A DNA stretch of 64,000 nt, from assembly GCA_951406725.2 (NCBI GenBank), contig OX597816.1:179986001-180050000 (forward strand). Direction: 5' to 3'. The notes beneath the pieces are model-generated. The model ran no database searches. It was not told the DNA's origin and was given only the letters and a program-made list of their open reading frames with translations. This document shows, one piece after another, positions 1 to 12,105 of this stretch. Position numbers and translations under genes: made by a program. This DNA comes from Octopus vulgaris. Its lineage: Eukaryota. Positions within the stretch are counted from its first letter, which is position 1. Each line of letters begins with the position of its first letter.

Positions 1-213
1 TCCTAACATCTTGCTGCTGCTGTCGAAACTGACTTTTTGTACCGTGTTTTTAACTCTCTGTGTTTGTGTGTTCGCCTACGCTGCTTCCATCGTGGTGGTT
101 GACTTTTTTGCCATTGTTGTTTCCGCTGTTGCTAATGTCGTTGTCAGTCGCATTGTTGATGCTGTTGCGGCTGTGTGTGTATTTTCGAGGTCTGTTCAAT
201 AAATATTCAGACT

Positions 214-227
214 GTTGCCATAGTAAC
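214..227. promoter_or_regulatory. RFX X-box motif (GTTGCCATAGTAAC)
   Basis: Exact match to the RFX consensus GTNRCC-N(0-3)-RGYAAC, in CpG-containing non-repeat sequence about 205 bp upstream of a minus-strand gcaagATG at 9-7. Confidence 0.5.
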
Positions 228-261
228 GAAGCAGACCGTTCTCCTACGCTGCGTGCATTGC

Positions 262-1470
262 ATGTAGTTATCTAGCTGCAACCATAGGGACAGGGTTAGA
301 GTGTACAAAGGAGTCAGGGTTAAGTACAAAGCCATCATAGAGAGTGATGAAAAAAGGATCTGCCCGCTATACAGGAGTGAATCCTGGAACAGCACAAAAA
401 GGACGAGAAAAAAGATAGGTCAGGCCAATTCATGGCATGACAACAAAACATAGCAGAGTGTCAAGTTCGTTGATGCTACCCTTGGCGACAAACTAGTATA
501 CCCTTTTAGAAAAACATTAGATAAGGCCAATCTACGGGTTAAAGTAGAAGAAAGACCTGGTGCTGCTATAAAATCCCTGATCAGTAGAACTTATCCTTTC
601 GATAGGTCTCCATGTACGAGGAAGAATTGTATTGTATGTAGGATGAACCCACAGGTTAACTGTAAGGTTAGGAATATAGTGTATAGCTTACGATGTATTG
701 AGGGATGGGGTAGAAGCATGACAACTACTTACGTTGGAGAGACAGCACGGAGCATAGGAGAACGTACAGGTGACACAGGAGGGAGGTCAAAGAAGAGAAA
801 GGCTCGTCAGTGCTCTAGCAACATGCTCAAGCAGAACATGCTCAGTCAATTGCATAAAGATCAAAGTACCATCAACGCATAGAACTGACACGACACTTAG
901 ACAGATCACAGAGGCTACACACATAGCAATTGACAGACAGAGCTTCAACGGAAAACACGAATGGAACAATAACACCCACCACCACACCACACAACAAGAC
1001 AACTGAAGACTGAAGGGAGAAAAAAAGCAGATACAAACAACGTGATACATATGCAATAGACATATAAAAAATAGAGATAGATAAAAAAAAAAGCTGTATA
1101 AAGGGTACGGATACAAACAACATAGTAAGCGAACCCATACACACACAAACAAACAAACGATAGTCTTTTACAAAATATTGAACTTTTAGATACTAACTAT
1201 CGAAGAAAGTTGTACAAGACAAAAATAACAGCGGTAGTACAGCCTCCCTACTAAAAAGAAAAATGGGGTGTGTGTACTGTATGCTGAATTGCGCGGTTTA
1301 CCATCTCTGTAAACCACACAATACTGTACATCTGATAACTGTTGCCTGTGTTTGCTGAGTGCTAAGATCGGTTCATCTTGTAACTTTCGATTGCATTTTT
1401 ATCATCACGTCTCTAAAATGTACGCTATGGTGACGAAATGGCTAGGCTATGAAATACATCCGCAATAGCA
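262..1470 (+). mobile_element. Penelope-like element, 3' part (RT thumb/linker + GIY-YIG endonuclease, decayed) with 3' region
   Basis: Frame from 262 reads ...ICPLYRSESWN...VKFVDATLGDKL...KVEERPGAAIKSL...CTRKNCIVC...CKVRNIVYSLRC...YVGETARSIGER; after a frameshift it reads LRQITEATHI...FNGKHEWNN. Two in-frame TAG stops. Degenerate hammerhead-like motif at 1423-1469. Confidence 0.85.
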
Positions 1471-2351
1471 TCTGTTTATTTCCAAGTAGTCAGGGCACCA
1501 GTGACCGGAAACGAACCGTCGACACTTACTTCTGCGTCTGTTCACTGCAGCTGTTAATATCTTCCATATAGAAATGCCAGTAATATAATCTGCATCTGTT
1601 ATATACAGATGTACCTCTACTCATACTTCAACATATAAGCTGACATCAACAAAAGGAAGTAATTTTAATGATTCTAATTTCATCATAACGAAATAATAAA
1701 ATAAGAGGACAACGAGTAATATGGTTTTAAGAGATCCTAACGACAGGCAACAAGAGGGGAGGGTGACGGGGACACACGACAATAAGCAGTTAGTCTATTT
1801 AGAATAAATCCGGCTTAGCAAAACAATTGAAATAAAATGCTGTATAAATTATTTATTTGTCAGACAAATAGTATTAATATAGGGTGGAGGAAGTAAGTAT
1901 TTCACTTTCAAAAACAAGAATTGAAGGATTTGAAATTTCCATAACAATAGGAGCATTTGAAGAAAGTAGAAATTTTTTGATATTGTTTCTTTACATTAAA
2001 ACGTGTTCAGCTATTTAGATGCATTTAGATCATTTCTCTCTACTGGTAAGCAGCAAAATGAATTACTTAAATATCATGTCATGCATTTGTGTGTAGCAGG
2101 AGTGTTAGTATGATTCCGGCTTTGTGTTGCTGTGTATGGATATAACAATAATATTATGTAATTTTAACAATATATGCGGGTTTATCTGTAATAATTTTAA
2201 TTAAAATTTCTCTATAGTGCAGGATGTCATTTTTGCTTTGCATTTCTTTTTCACGTGGTGAAGTGTGTGGGGGTAAAATAATTAGCAGTAATAAACAGAG
2301 ATCACATCAGCAGATCACATTCCTCTCTTCCTATCACGCTGAAAGAAGCAC

Positions 2352-2995
2352 TATGTACCTCGGTCCAAAGTGGAAGAAATAGCTTTTAGTCAATTACACC
2401 AGAATGAAAAGAATGATCCAAGACAAGAAAGTGAGTAAATTGATTATGCAGTGGGAAAAGGGAATCTCATCTTTGGTACGTAACTTCCTGTCAGGCGGTG
2501 AGCTGGTAGAATCGTATGTGTATTCCTAGAATGTGAAGGCCATTGTGGTTGACAAGGACACTTACAGCAGACTAAAAGACATGTGTGGAAGCTTGATTGA
2601 CCCGCCAGTAGTGTTGGTGGAGTTCGACGAATTGCCACCAGTAGAAGAGCTAAAAGATTTAGACCCTTTCATGAGGTATTAAAAAGGCAAAAAAAAAGTA
2701 AAATTGTTTTGTTGAAAAAGGAAAAAAAAGTAAATTGTTTCATTAAAAAAAAGAGAAAAAAACGATGATTAAGAAAAAAACAATAAGAAAAATAGAACGA
2801 TTGTAAATAGTTTATATAAACGTTCAACAGGTACTGGATGGGAGTGGGGCTCATGCAGCCATTTCCTTTTATTCATTTTTATATAAGATCTCATTTTCAT
2901 TCGTTTTATGTTTTGTGTCTCCACTGTGGTGTTGTGTCTGTCCTTGTAGTGTCCTCCTCTGTGTTGTGGCCGTAGTACCAAATAAAAAAATAAGA
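2352..2995 (+). mobile_element. 3' fragment of putative ORF1-only (L1/Tx1-like, HAL1-like) retroelement
   Basis: Decayed peptides YVPR...HQNEK and TYSRLKDMC resemble YTPR...RQNEE and YLSRVKDC of the element at 39650-40816. The 3' UTR 2820-2995 aligns with that element's UTR and ends in AATAAA (2981). Confidence 0.55.
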
Positions 2996-3390
2996 GTGTC
3001 ATATGCGCAGTCTTTGTATACAGTTCGTAGGAATTAGTGAATAGAGACATCGCAGAGTGCTTGTTGCAGATACAGAGTTGGAGAGTAATAAGAGAACATC
3101 AGGAACGTTTAATATTATAACAGTTGAGATGTAACGTGACGATGAGAAGTTGTACGTCATATCATAGGTCTAGTATCCAAATTATACCTTTGACCACAAA
3201 CTTAGTAACTTAAGAGAAGTATTACGCAACTGAAACAATAGCATCACATGAATGCCTCACATTTGAAGGCACAAGACTAAATATCCAAGAGGAACATTTC
3301 TTAGACATCAACCAACCAAACATTCTTCTCTGCACCTCACAGCAGGGATTCATTCAACCACTACATTTAGTTAACCATTACATTTTTTAA

Positions 3391-3547
3391 ACATTACATT
3401 ATTTACATTATTTATATTTAACGGATACTTGTCCTCTTCTTGTTTGTTGTTAACACAACACTTCGGCTGATATACACTCCAGCCTTCATCATGTGTCTTG
3501 AGGAAATTTCGAACCTGGGTTTTCATTCCTAAGGTATTTTTCGATGT
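3391..3547 (-). mobile_element. Short interspersed element body/tail carrying a hammerhead-like motif
   Basis: Minus strand reads ...acATGATGA-AGGCTG-gagtgtatat-CAGCC-GAAGtgttgtg..., a decayed CTGATGA/stem II/GAAA arrangement. It abuts the (TAA)n array. Confidence 0.5.
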
Positions 3548-3600
3548 TATTATTATTATTATTATTATTATCATTATTATTATTATTATCATTATTATTA

Positions 3601-3683
<83 letters not shown>
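3547..3683. repeat. (ATT)n microsatellite (3' tail/target of Dong element)
   Basis: Direct reading. Confidence 0.98.
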
Positions 3684-3686
<3 letters not shown>

Positions 3687-5610
3687 TAGTTTTATTTTTA
3701 TAGCGTGCTTTCACTTTACTACCGAGCACAGCTCTGTGTGCCTTGGGTATGTGCTGTGATTTGTTGTGAATCTCTGATGGTTATTGTATGGAAAGTGTTC
3801 TGCGTAGGATGTGTGCAGTGCCTAGTAGTGCAATTTTCTGTATGTTATATGTGTTTGTAAGTCCTGGTGTTTTTGTTATGTATTTGTCTGAATATTTTTT
3901 TATCATGCCTAATGCACCTACTATGATAGGAATTGTTTCTGTTTTCAGATTCCACATTCTAGTTACCTCTATTTCCAGGTCTTTGTATTTTGACAGTTTC
4001 TCCATTTCTTTTAGAGACACGTTGTCATCAGCCGGTATTGATACATCAATTAGAAAGCATTTTTTTTCTTCATGATCTCTGACAACTATATCTGGTCTAT
4101 TGGCCTTAATTTCTCTATCTGTGTGTATCGGCATATCCCAGAGTATGGTTGCTTTCTCGTTTTCTGTGACCTTTTCTGGTGTGTGCCTATACCATCTTTT
4201 TTCTGTTGTTATTCCATAATGTTGGCATAGCTTCCAATGTATGTAGGTTCCAACTCTGTCATGTCTGTGAATATATTCCTTCTTAGCCAGGACTGGGCAG
4301 CTAGAGATAATATGATTTATTGTTTCTTGTCCATCTCCACATATTCTGCAGTTACTTGTAATATTTCTTTTCATTACATGTTTTTGGTAATTTCTGGTGG
4401 GGAGGCTTTGGTCTTGTGCTGCAATTAAAAATCCCTCTGTTTCTGCTTTGAGTCCAGAGCTTCTCAACCATTGCTGGGATTTTTCTTTGTCTATTTCTTT
4501 TGCGTTTAGTTTAGTCCAGTATTTACCATGAAGGGGCTTTTCTTGCCATCGTTTTATCATGGTTCGTTACTGTTCTATTTTTAGTTTGGATTTCATTTAT
4601 TTTATAGCTTTTGTTGTTTCTTCATCTTCTTCTTCTTCTTCATGTTTATTAGGTGGTATGATTTCTTGTTTGTATTTGTCAGCTTCCTTAAATACTGAGA
4701 ACAGTTTTTTGTTTTGCTCGTGTTTTGCCGCTATCTGGATCAGTTTTCCTTCCTTCTGAAGTAGATATTTTTGCAGTCCTATGGTGGTTATTTTATAGTA
4801 GTTTTCCAGCTGTATAAGGCCTCTACCACCTTCTATACGTTGTATATATAGTCTTTCTATGTCAGATTTTGGGTGATGCATCCTAGATCCTGTCAGTATT
4901 TTTCTTGTTTTCCTATCTATTTTGGTCAGTTCATTTCGTGTCCAGTTAAGGATATTGTAGCTGTAACTTATAACTGGGACAGCTAAAGTGTTGATACCTA
5001 TTATCTTGTTTTTAGCATTGAGCTCTGTGTTTAGTATTGATCTAACTCGTCTATAATATTCTTTTTTTATTTTCTCTTTCATTTGTGTGTGTTGTGTCTT
5101 ATCTAGTTCATGGATTCCTAAGTATTTGTAAGTTTGGCTTTGGTCTAATTCTTTTATTTCATTGGTTTTATCTAGTGTGATGTTGTTACTCTTAACTAGT
5201 TTTCCTCTTTTCATGGTTACTTTGGCGCATTTTTCTAATCCAAATTTCATATCTATTTCTTTGGTAAATCCATGAACTGTCTTTAATAGTGTTTCCAGCT
5301 GTTTGTCATTTGCAGCGTATAGTTTTAGGTCATCCATATATAAAAGGTGGCTGATCGTTTTGCCGTAACATTTATATCCGCATCCAGTTCTATTTAGCAT
5401 ATCAGATAGAGGTGACAGTGCCAAGCAGAAAAGGAGTGGAGAGAGCGTGTCTCCCTGGAATATTCCTCTTCTAATGGGGATGTCTTTGGTTTTCATGAGT
5501 CCCTCTTTTGTTTGGAGGTGTAGGACTGTTTGCCATTTATTCATAGAGTGCTCTATGAATTTTATGATTGTTGGTGCTACTTTGTTAATGGCTAGTGTTT
5601 CGAGGATCCA
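3684..5610 (-). mobile_element. R4/Dong-clade non-LTR retrotransposon, 5'-truncated (RT + CCHC + restriction-like endonuclease)
   Basis: ORF 5544-4597 has RGIFQGDTLSPLLF, HLLYMDDLKLY, FGLEKCA, YKYLG and GGRGL. ORF 4560-3781 has CRICGDGQETINHIISSC, RHDRV, NRPDIVV, IDVSIP and EKLSKY. Both ORFs are in the same frame, separated by two TAA stops. (TAA)n flanks both sides. Confidence 0.95.
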
Positions 5611-5611
5611 A

Positions 5612-5612
5612 A

Positions 5613-5705
<93 letters not shown>

Positions 5706-5756
5706 TCACTGCCTGGAATCGAACTCGGAATCTTGGGGTTCAATTCCAGGCAGTGA

Positions 5757-5837
<81 letters not shown>

Positions 5838-5841
5838 TAAT
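5612..5841. repeat. (TTA)n - 61-bp hairpin of two fused tRNA-like heads - (TAA)n
   Basis: Arms 5701-5726 and 5736-5761 are inverted (24/26 match) and each contains a Pol III B-box-like G(A/G)GTTC(G/A)ATTCC. The flanking arrays are mutually inverted. Confidence 0.85.
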
Positions 5842-6195
5842 AAAAGAAATGGAGAAACTGTCTCTAAAAGAAATGGAGAAACTCTCAAAATACAAAGACC
5901 TGGAAATAGAGGTAACTAGAATGTGGAATCTAAAAACAGAAACAATTTCTATCATAGTAGGTGCATTAGGCATGATAAAAAAATATTCAGACAAATACAT
6001 AACAAAAACACCAGGACTTACAAACACATATAACATACAGAAAATTGCACTACTAGGCACTGCACACATCCTACGCAGAACACTTTCCATACAATAACCA
6101 TCAGAACATCACAACAAATCACAGCACATACCCAAGGCACACAGAGCTGCGCTCGGTAGTGAAGTGAAAGCACGCTATAAAAATAAAACTACTGA
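5842..6195 (+). mobile_element. R4/Dong 3' fragment (same family as 3684-5610, opposite orientation)
   Basis: KEMEKLSKYKDLEIEVTRMW...GTAHILRRTLSIQ* plus the 3' UTR, near-identical to inverted 3684-4020. There is a ~20-bp tandem duplication at the 5' junction and a (TAA)n tail to ~6452. Confidence 0.95.
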
Positions 6196-6219
6196 ATAAT
6201 GATAATAATAATAATAATG

Positions 6220-6338
<119 letters not shown>

Positions 6339-6362
6339 TAATAATAATAATAAATAATAATA

Positions 6363-6419
<57 letters not shown>

Positions 6420-6453
6420 TTTATTAATAATAATAATAATAATAATAATGATA

Positions 6454-7000
6454 AATGCCCCGATGCAGCACCAGGCAGTGGCTCTGTACGCCTTGATGCA
6501 GCACCAAGCAGTGGCTCTCATGGCTTCTGATCTTAACTGATTGGAAGTGTTATCATGTACATTTTTTTGTCTTGGTATAAAAGATGGGCTACAGCAAATA
6601 TTCTGCTCAATACCACAGATTTGCTTGTCAGTTGTTTGACCTTAACCAGTTGAGCATGTCCCTTAGTGGCTGACGATATGTGCATCTCTGATCACAAGCA
6701 GAAGTAGTGGGGGAGCATCATAGCCATGTGTTGAGAGGGATTCTTTGGGGTTTGAATAATTCACCTCTGGAAACATGGGTGTTTCGTTCAAAACCCTTAA
6801 GCAACCCTTATTCAGAGACCATTTGAGCGGGATGAGTTACTCAACCAGACGAAAATTCTAACTGGGTCCCACCTGCAAGGTCATGTGCTGTTTATCTTGA
6901 TATGAGATCACCATGTCGCGCACATATGGTTGTGATGTATGTGCCTGGTGTACCCTTATCAGACGGGTAGTCATGATGGGTATACTGGGTTTCGTATATT
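6454..7000 (+). mobile_element. ~550-bp non-coding interspersed element associated with (TAA)n, copy 1 (3' end missing)
   Basis: High identity to 58313-58666, 62612-63153 and 63213-63705. Starts aatgccc(c/t)gatgc right after the array. Confidence 0.85.
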
Positions 7001-7600
7001 GGTGCATTCCGTGTATGTCTGGCGCGAGGCATTTAGGTTTGCTGTCAGATGATGCTTGCATTCAAGTGTTTGAGAGAGAATTGAACCTTAGTATAATATG
7101 TAATATAGTGTATGATGGCAAACAAGTTGCTAATGTGCAGGAGGTGGGGTGTGAGAGACATTACCAAAACTTCGAATATACCAATTTCACTGTCGAGCAG
7201 AAAACTTCCGATTGAAGAAATGAGAAACGGAGACAAACCCCAATAATTTAACATCAGCAAAACATTCAACTGTGTTCAGTTTAGTTGTGAACACAGTCGA
7301 AAACTTTACTGATGTAAAATGCATAAAGAACTCGAGAATGAGGGACCACTGGCATCTTATGTAAAAGGGCAGGTGATGCCCGATCGATAAAGCTGTATCC
7401 ACAGAAGTCATATGGGGAAGGATAAAATTCAAACTGATGAAGAAAGTAATTAACAACTAATTGCATCACTTTCGGTATTGGAAATATGTGCGATAAATGG
7501 GCAGTTTGCATGGTCACAATTTCAAACATTTTGTGGCTAATACACATATTTAAGTGAATGATTTTGGTAATACAGCGATCTCAAAGGGGTCGAAAGTAAA
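7001..7600 (-). mobile_element. Highly decayed APE-type LINE reverse transcriptase fragment (L2/Jockey-like)
   Basis: Minus-strand peptides AFYISKVFDCVHN (~ALDISKAFDRVWH), NVLLMLNYWGLSPFLISSIGSFLLDSEI, and ANCPFIAHIS (~NYRPIALTS). Confidence 0.55.
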
Positions 7601-7691
7601 TCACATATGTTATAAACGGCACGCGATATAAAACTTTGGGGACTTCGGTCACTTAAATGATTTGAATTACGAGAAAGCTATTAGACTGGTA

Positions 7692-7846
7692 ATATTGGTT
7701 TCAAAATTTGACACAAGGTAAGCAATTTCATAGTGTTCAACTTATTTCATCGAACCCAGCGGCATTTAAACTCAGAACGTAGAGGCGGAAGTAATACCGC
7801 TAAGCATTTTGTTCGGCATGCTAATGATTTCGCCAGTTGGCCGCCT
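7692..7846 (-). mobile_element. Nin-domain tRNA SINE (internally deleted)
   Basis: Head ggcggc...ctggcgaaatcattagcatgccg...gagtttaaat and tail ttgtgtcaaattttgaaaccaata match the other copies. Confidence 0.75.
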
Positions 7847-8709
7847 TAATATTGAAAAGCATGCATTGGGTTTCTTCTATTCGGCAATAAACAGACGATC
7901 CAGTGGGCAAAGAGACTATAATGTGAAGGAGAAAACTAGGTTTGGAGAGAGAAATAGACAGGATTTTTGGTGAGGTAAAATATTTTACCTTTGCGCCTAC
8001 AGTGTATGTCAGTGTACAAAGAGTGTAATGAAGAAGAGGAATTGTGTATATTAAAACCGTGAAGAATGATGGCTTCACAAACAGAAGAGATAAAATAGAT
8101 GTCATTAATGCAGAATATGAGACAATGAAATAACTGATGGTGATTGGAAGAGATAGGAGAGTGTTAAAGACAGAACATAAACTTAGGAGAATATAAGGTG
8201 GTAACCTTGAGTTAGAGTAATTGGAAATTATTGTGAGTGACCGGAAAGAGTAAATTCTAAGGGCGCGCAGCACTAGCTTTCAGATTTCGAAGTGTAACAT
8301 GGATAACAGAGATGAACTGAAGATGGCAAATAAGATATATGCATTTGATACAGAGGAATATAAAACTGGTGTGTAGAAAGCTCTGACTTGAGAACAGCTG
8401 AGATAGAAATTCACGAATGCTTGAGTGAAAGCGGACAAAATGTTAGACGGATTTGTTTGGCTCATTGTATTTTCAATCAATGGATTTCCTTATTTCCTTT
8501 GTTAGAGGAGGTTAGGGGAAACCCACGCTTGAAGCGTTATCATTGACCTCATTCACAGAAATAGACAGTTAGACGTCAGAGGCTATTGAGGTGCTTTACT
8601 CGCACTTGAGATGAAGATATGAGATTATGCGCCATTTAGTATGACAATGTATCTGACGGTCATAGAGGTCGAGTTTCGTTCCTATCTTGGGGTAGAAGAG
8701 TAACATCTG

Positions 8710-8802
8710 GAAGATGATTTAAATTTTCATCATAGAAGATGATTTAAATTTTCATCATAGAAGATGATTTAAATTTTCATCATAGAAGATGATTTAAATT
8801 TT
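8710..8802. repeat. 25-bp tandem repeat x3.7 (GAAGATGATTTAAATTTTCATCATA)
   Basis: Identical units at 8710, 8735 and 8760, partial at 8785; no spacers. Confidence 0.95.
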
Positions 8803-8825
8803 TCTCTACAAGCGAATAATTTGAT

Positions 8826-9345
8826 AAAAACATCTGCAGGATAAAACAAGCCCTAATCACATAAGTATTCCAACAAACATAGAACAAGACACATATGTAA
8901 CAATAAATACATCAAACTACTGCTATTAAAGTTAAACATATCACATAATATTTATTACAGAAATCATTGGCATATTAACTATAGACTGGATGAACACGTT
9001 GTCTAAGCCCTCATAAAACAGAACATAAATTGCATTGTACCAAAGCGTAGGCTAACTCTAAAGTTAAAAGCCTCATCTATAACAAATTACAAGTCTCACA
9101 AACAAAAATCTAATTACCAAAATGATTTAAAAACTGGATTGCAAAGGTGAAAGCTGTAAACTTCACGATTCCAGTTGCTATAGTGGTCATAAAAGTAAGG
9201 TACTAACCGACTAGCTGACTATGCATTTACAGGTAGCAACAATATGCACAATATAACACAACACGGAACAAAACAAGATGATTAGTTATAGAAGCAATAG
9301 ACAGCACTGCCCATTGCCAAAATAAACATATTAAAAATATATATT
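8826..9345 (+). mobile_element. Very decayed Penelope-like fragment
   Basis: Peptides ICRIKQALI and YYRNHWHINYRLDEHVV*ALIKQNI resemble PLE RT-thumb/linker motifs. Confidence 0.4.
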
Positions 9346-9683
9346 AACCACAAACAAAAATAAAATACTATTTCACCGGGGGGGGGGAGGAATCTAGCCG
9401 TCAAATTTCAAATTGTAAGTATAATGCCATTAGTAATCAATGTGTGCTGTACTGTGATATATAGTATATTTTAAAACACAGTACGTCCATAAGAGATATT
9501 ATCCCCAGGCGAATACTGCATAGAATTCACTTTGCACGGGGAATTTACATTAAATATTATACACAGATGGTTACTGTAATTTAATACTGCTTCTGCTGCA
9601 CATAACAGATATATGCATGTGTGTGTGTGTTTGTGTGTGAGTTGTATGTATGAATATATATAAATATCACATACATATGCTTA

Positions 9684-9729
<46 letters not shown>

Positions 9730-9906
9730 TAGGCAGCCTTCGACTTTTCTATCAAAAGGGTTTTTAACTAAATATTTATATGCTATTAGCTATAGCTATA
9801 TTTGCTTCCACATTCAGCTTTCCTAAAAACATTTATGCTATATATATATATATATGATATATATATATATATGTATACGCATATATACCTATATCTACAT
9901 ATATGT

Positions 9907-9994
<88 letters not shown>

Positions 9995-12105
9995 ATTTTA
10001 TAAAGAACATTTCAGTACCGGTTTCAGTCATTGAGACATCTTCAACTGTAAGCATGGAAAACAATTAAATTTTGGTAACATTGAATGAAAAGTTTTTTAA
10101 AAGAATATTTGCATAGTATTCAAATACAAGGGGCATTTTTCTTGTTTCTGCCGGTCTCTGTCTCTCTTTTGGGTTCGAGGTCGTTGTGAATTCATGAAGA
10201 AGAAGAAGAAGAAGAAGAAGAAGAAGAAGAAGAAGAAGAAGAAGAAGAAGAAGAAGAAGAAGAAGAAGAATTCGGGAGTGCTATGATATTTAGTAGGATG
10301 TTAAATGGTCAAGTGACCTAAAAGTGACTTGTGGATATTAGTAGTGATTGAATTCTTGAGATATCTCTTTTGAATGTATAGTTTATAATATTTGCGTAGG
10401 TGATATTCTAAACAGCAGTATTAGTAAAGTAAGGAAGGATGTGGCGGAGAGGAAGAAGACAAAGAGGAAGAAGAAGGAGAAAGAGAATGATAAGGGAATG
10501 CGGGATGGTATGATAGTAGTTGGATGTTAAATGGTCAAGTGACCTAAAAATGTCATCTAGAGCAGGTTAGTGCGTATATCAGGTTCTCCTAAGCACATGT
10601 GAAGAAACAGATATATACTGTAAGCCCACGGACTCCAAGCAACGTCTACCGTTCAACTCTTGCCACCCCAGACACACCAGAATGAATATCCCCTTCACCC
10701 TAGTAAAAAGGATAAGTACTATAGTTTCTAATGCAAGCACCAGTGACACACGACTATATGAACTAAAGGATATACTCATCACCAGGAACTATCCACCTTC
10801 ACTAACTGACATATGCTTTCAACGTGCCCTGCAACTCAATATCCACCTACTCAGACATCCCATATTAAAGAAGGATTTACAACCAAAAGCCCTCCACACA
10901 CAACCCTCTTAATAATGAAGCCTTTGACACCATCCTTCAAAACATTCCCCTGCTAAAAAAGGACCACAGAATGAACTTAATCCTCCAAACACACACCATC
11001 ATAAAAAGCAAGAGACAGCCCAAATCTAGGAAAAGTCTCCTAACACAAGCCCAAATACGCTCAACAACAACACTGAAGCTATCAGTATAAAAATGTGGAA
11101 GACCCAACTGTGGGATATGCATCAATTTAATTGAAGGATCATAGTTCTCCTTAAAACAGGGATAACGTTTCACATTGAAAAGCAGCTTCACATGTGCTTC
11201 GGAGAACCTGATATACGCACTAACCTGCTCTGGGTATCAAGAGAAATACATAGGCCAAACAAACAAAAAAAACAGTCTCCGTCAAAGGATGGCTCTGCAC
11301 AGATCCAAGATCAAAATTCCTTAAAACAGAAAAATAGCATTCAGCCAACACATCGACATTTGCGCCAATGACAAAAATCCAAGCTTCAGAATTTTTTCCT
11401 CTACCAATTCAGGGACGATACAACCTGCAGCCAACGAATTAATAAAGAGACTCTCTTTATTACAAAATAAAGACCCTTTTTGAACGCATCTACAACAAAC
11501 GACAAATCCACCACGGCATTAGAATAACACACACGCAAATATTTAAAATGATACATTCAAAAGAGACACCCAAGAATTCATAACAACCAAAAGTCCCAAT
11601 CACTGCTATAATCCACAACGAGTCACTTTTAGGTCACTTGACCATTTAACATCCTACTACTGTCATACCATCCCGCATTCCCTTATCATTCTCTCTTCTT
11701 CTCTTTCTCATTCTTCTTCGTCTTCTTCCTCTCCGCCACCCCCTTCCTTACTTTACTAATACTGCTGTTTAGAATATCACCTACGCAAATATTATAAACA
11801 ATACGTTCAAAGAGATATCTCAAGAATTCAATCACTACTACCATCCACAACTATTCACTCTCAGGGCACTTGACCATTTAACATCCTACTACTATCATAG
11901 CACTCCCGCATTATTCTTCTCCTTCTCCTTCTTCTTCTCTGCCAAGAATTCACAACGACCTCGAACCCACAAGAGTAAGCAAGAGAGACAGAGACAGGCA
12001 GAAACAAGGAAAATGCCCCTTGTATTTGAATTGTATTTAATTGTTTTCCATGCTTACAGTTGAAGATGTCTCAATGACTGAAATGTTTTTTTATAAAATT
12101 ATTTT
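9995..12105 (+). mobile_element. Penelope-like element (Neptune-type linker), 5'-truncated, with inverted pLTR copy at its 5' end
   Basis: 10575-11490 encodes KPTDSKQRLPFNSCHPRHTRMNIPF...RNYP...KCGRPNCGIC...FTCASENLIYALTC...YIGQT. 9995-10550 is an inverted copy of ~11590-12105. Hammerhead motif at 10013-10048 (-). Confidence 0.9.
10013..10048 (-). ncRNA. Minimal hammerhead ribozyme motif (core TTGAAGA variant)
   Basis: cag-TTGAAGA-tgtc-tcaat-gact-GAAA-CCGG-TA-ctg, with palindromic stem III (ACCGGT). The partner copy at 12057-12085 has lost ccggtactgaaa. Confidence 0.6.

Noticed and set aside
8710-8802. Partly palindromic 25-bp repeats resembling CRISPR repeats
   Set aside because: No spacers, no cas genes, eukaryotic context; a simple tandem repeat.
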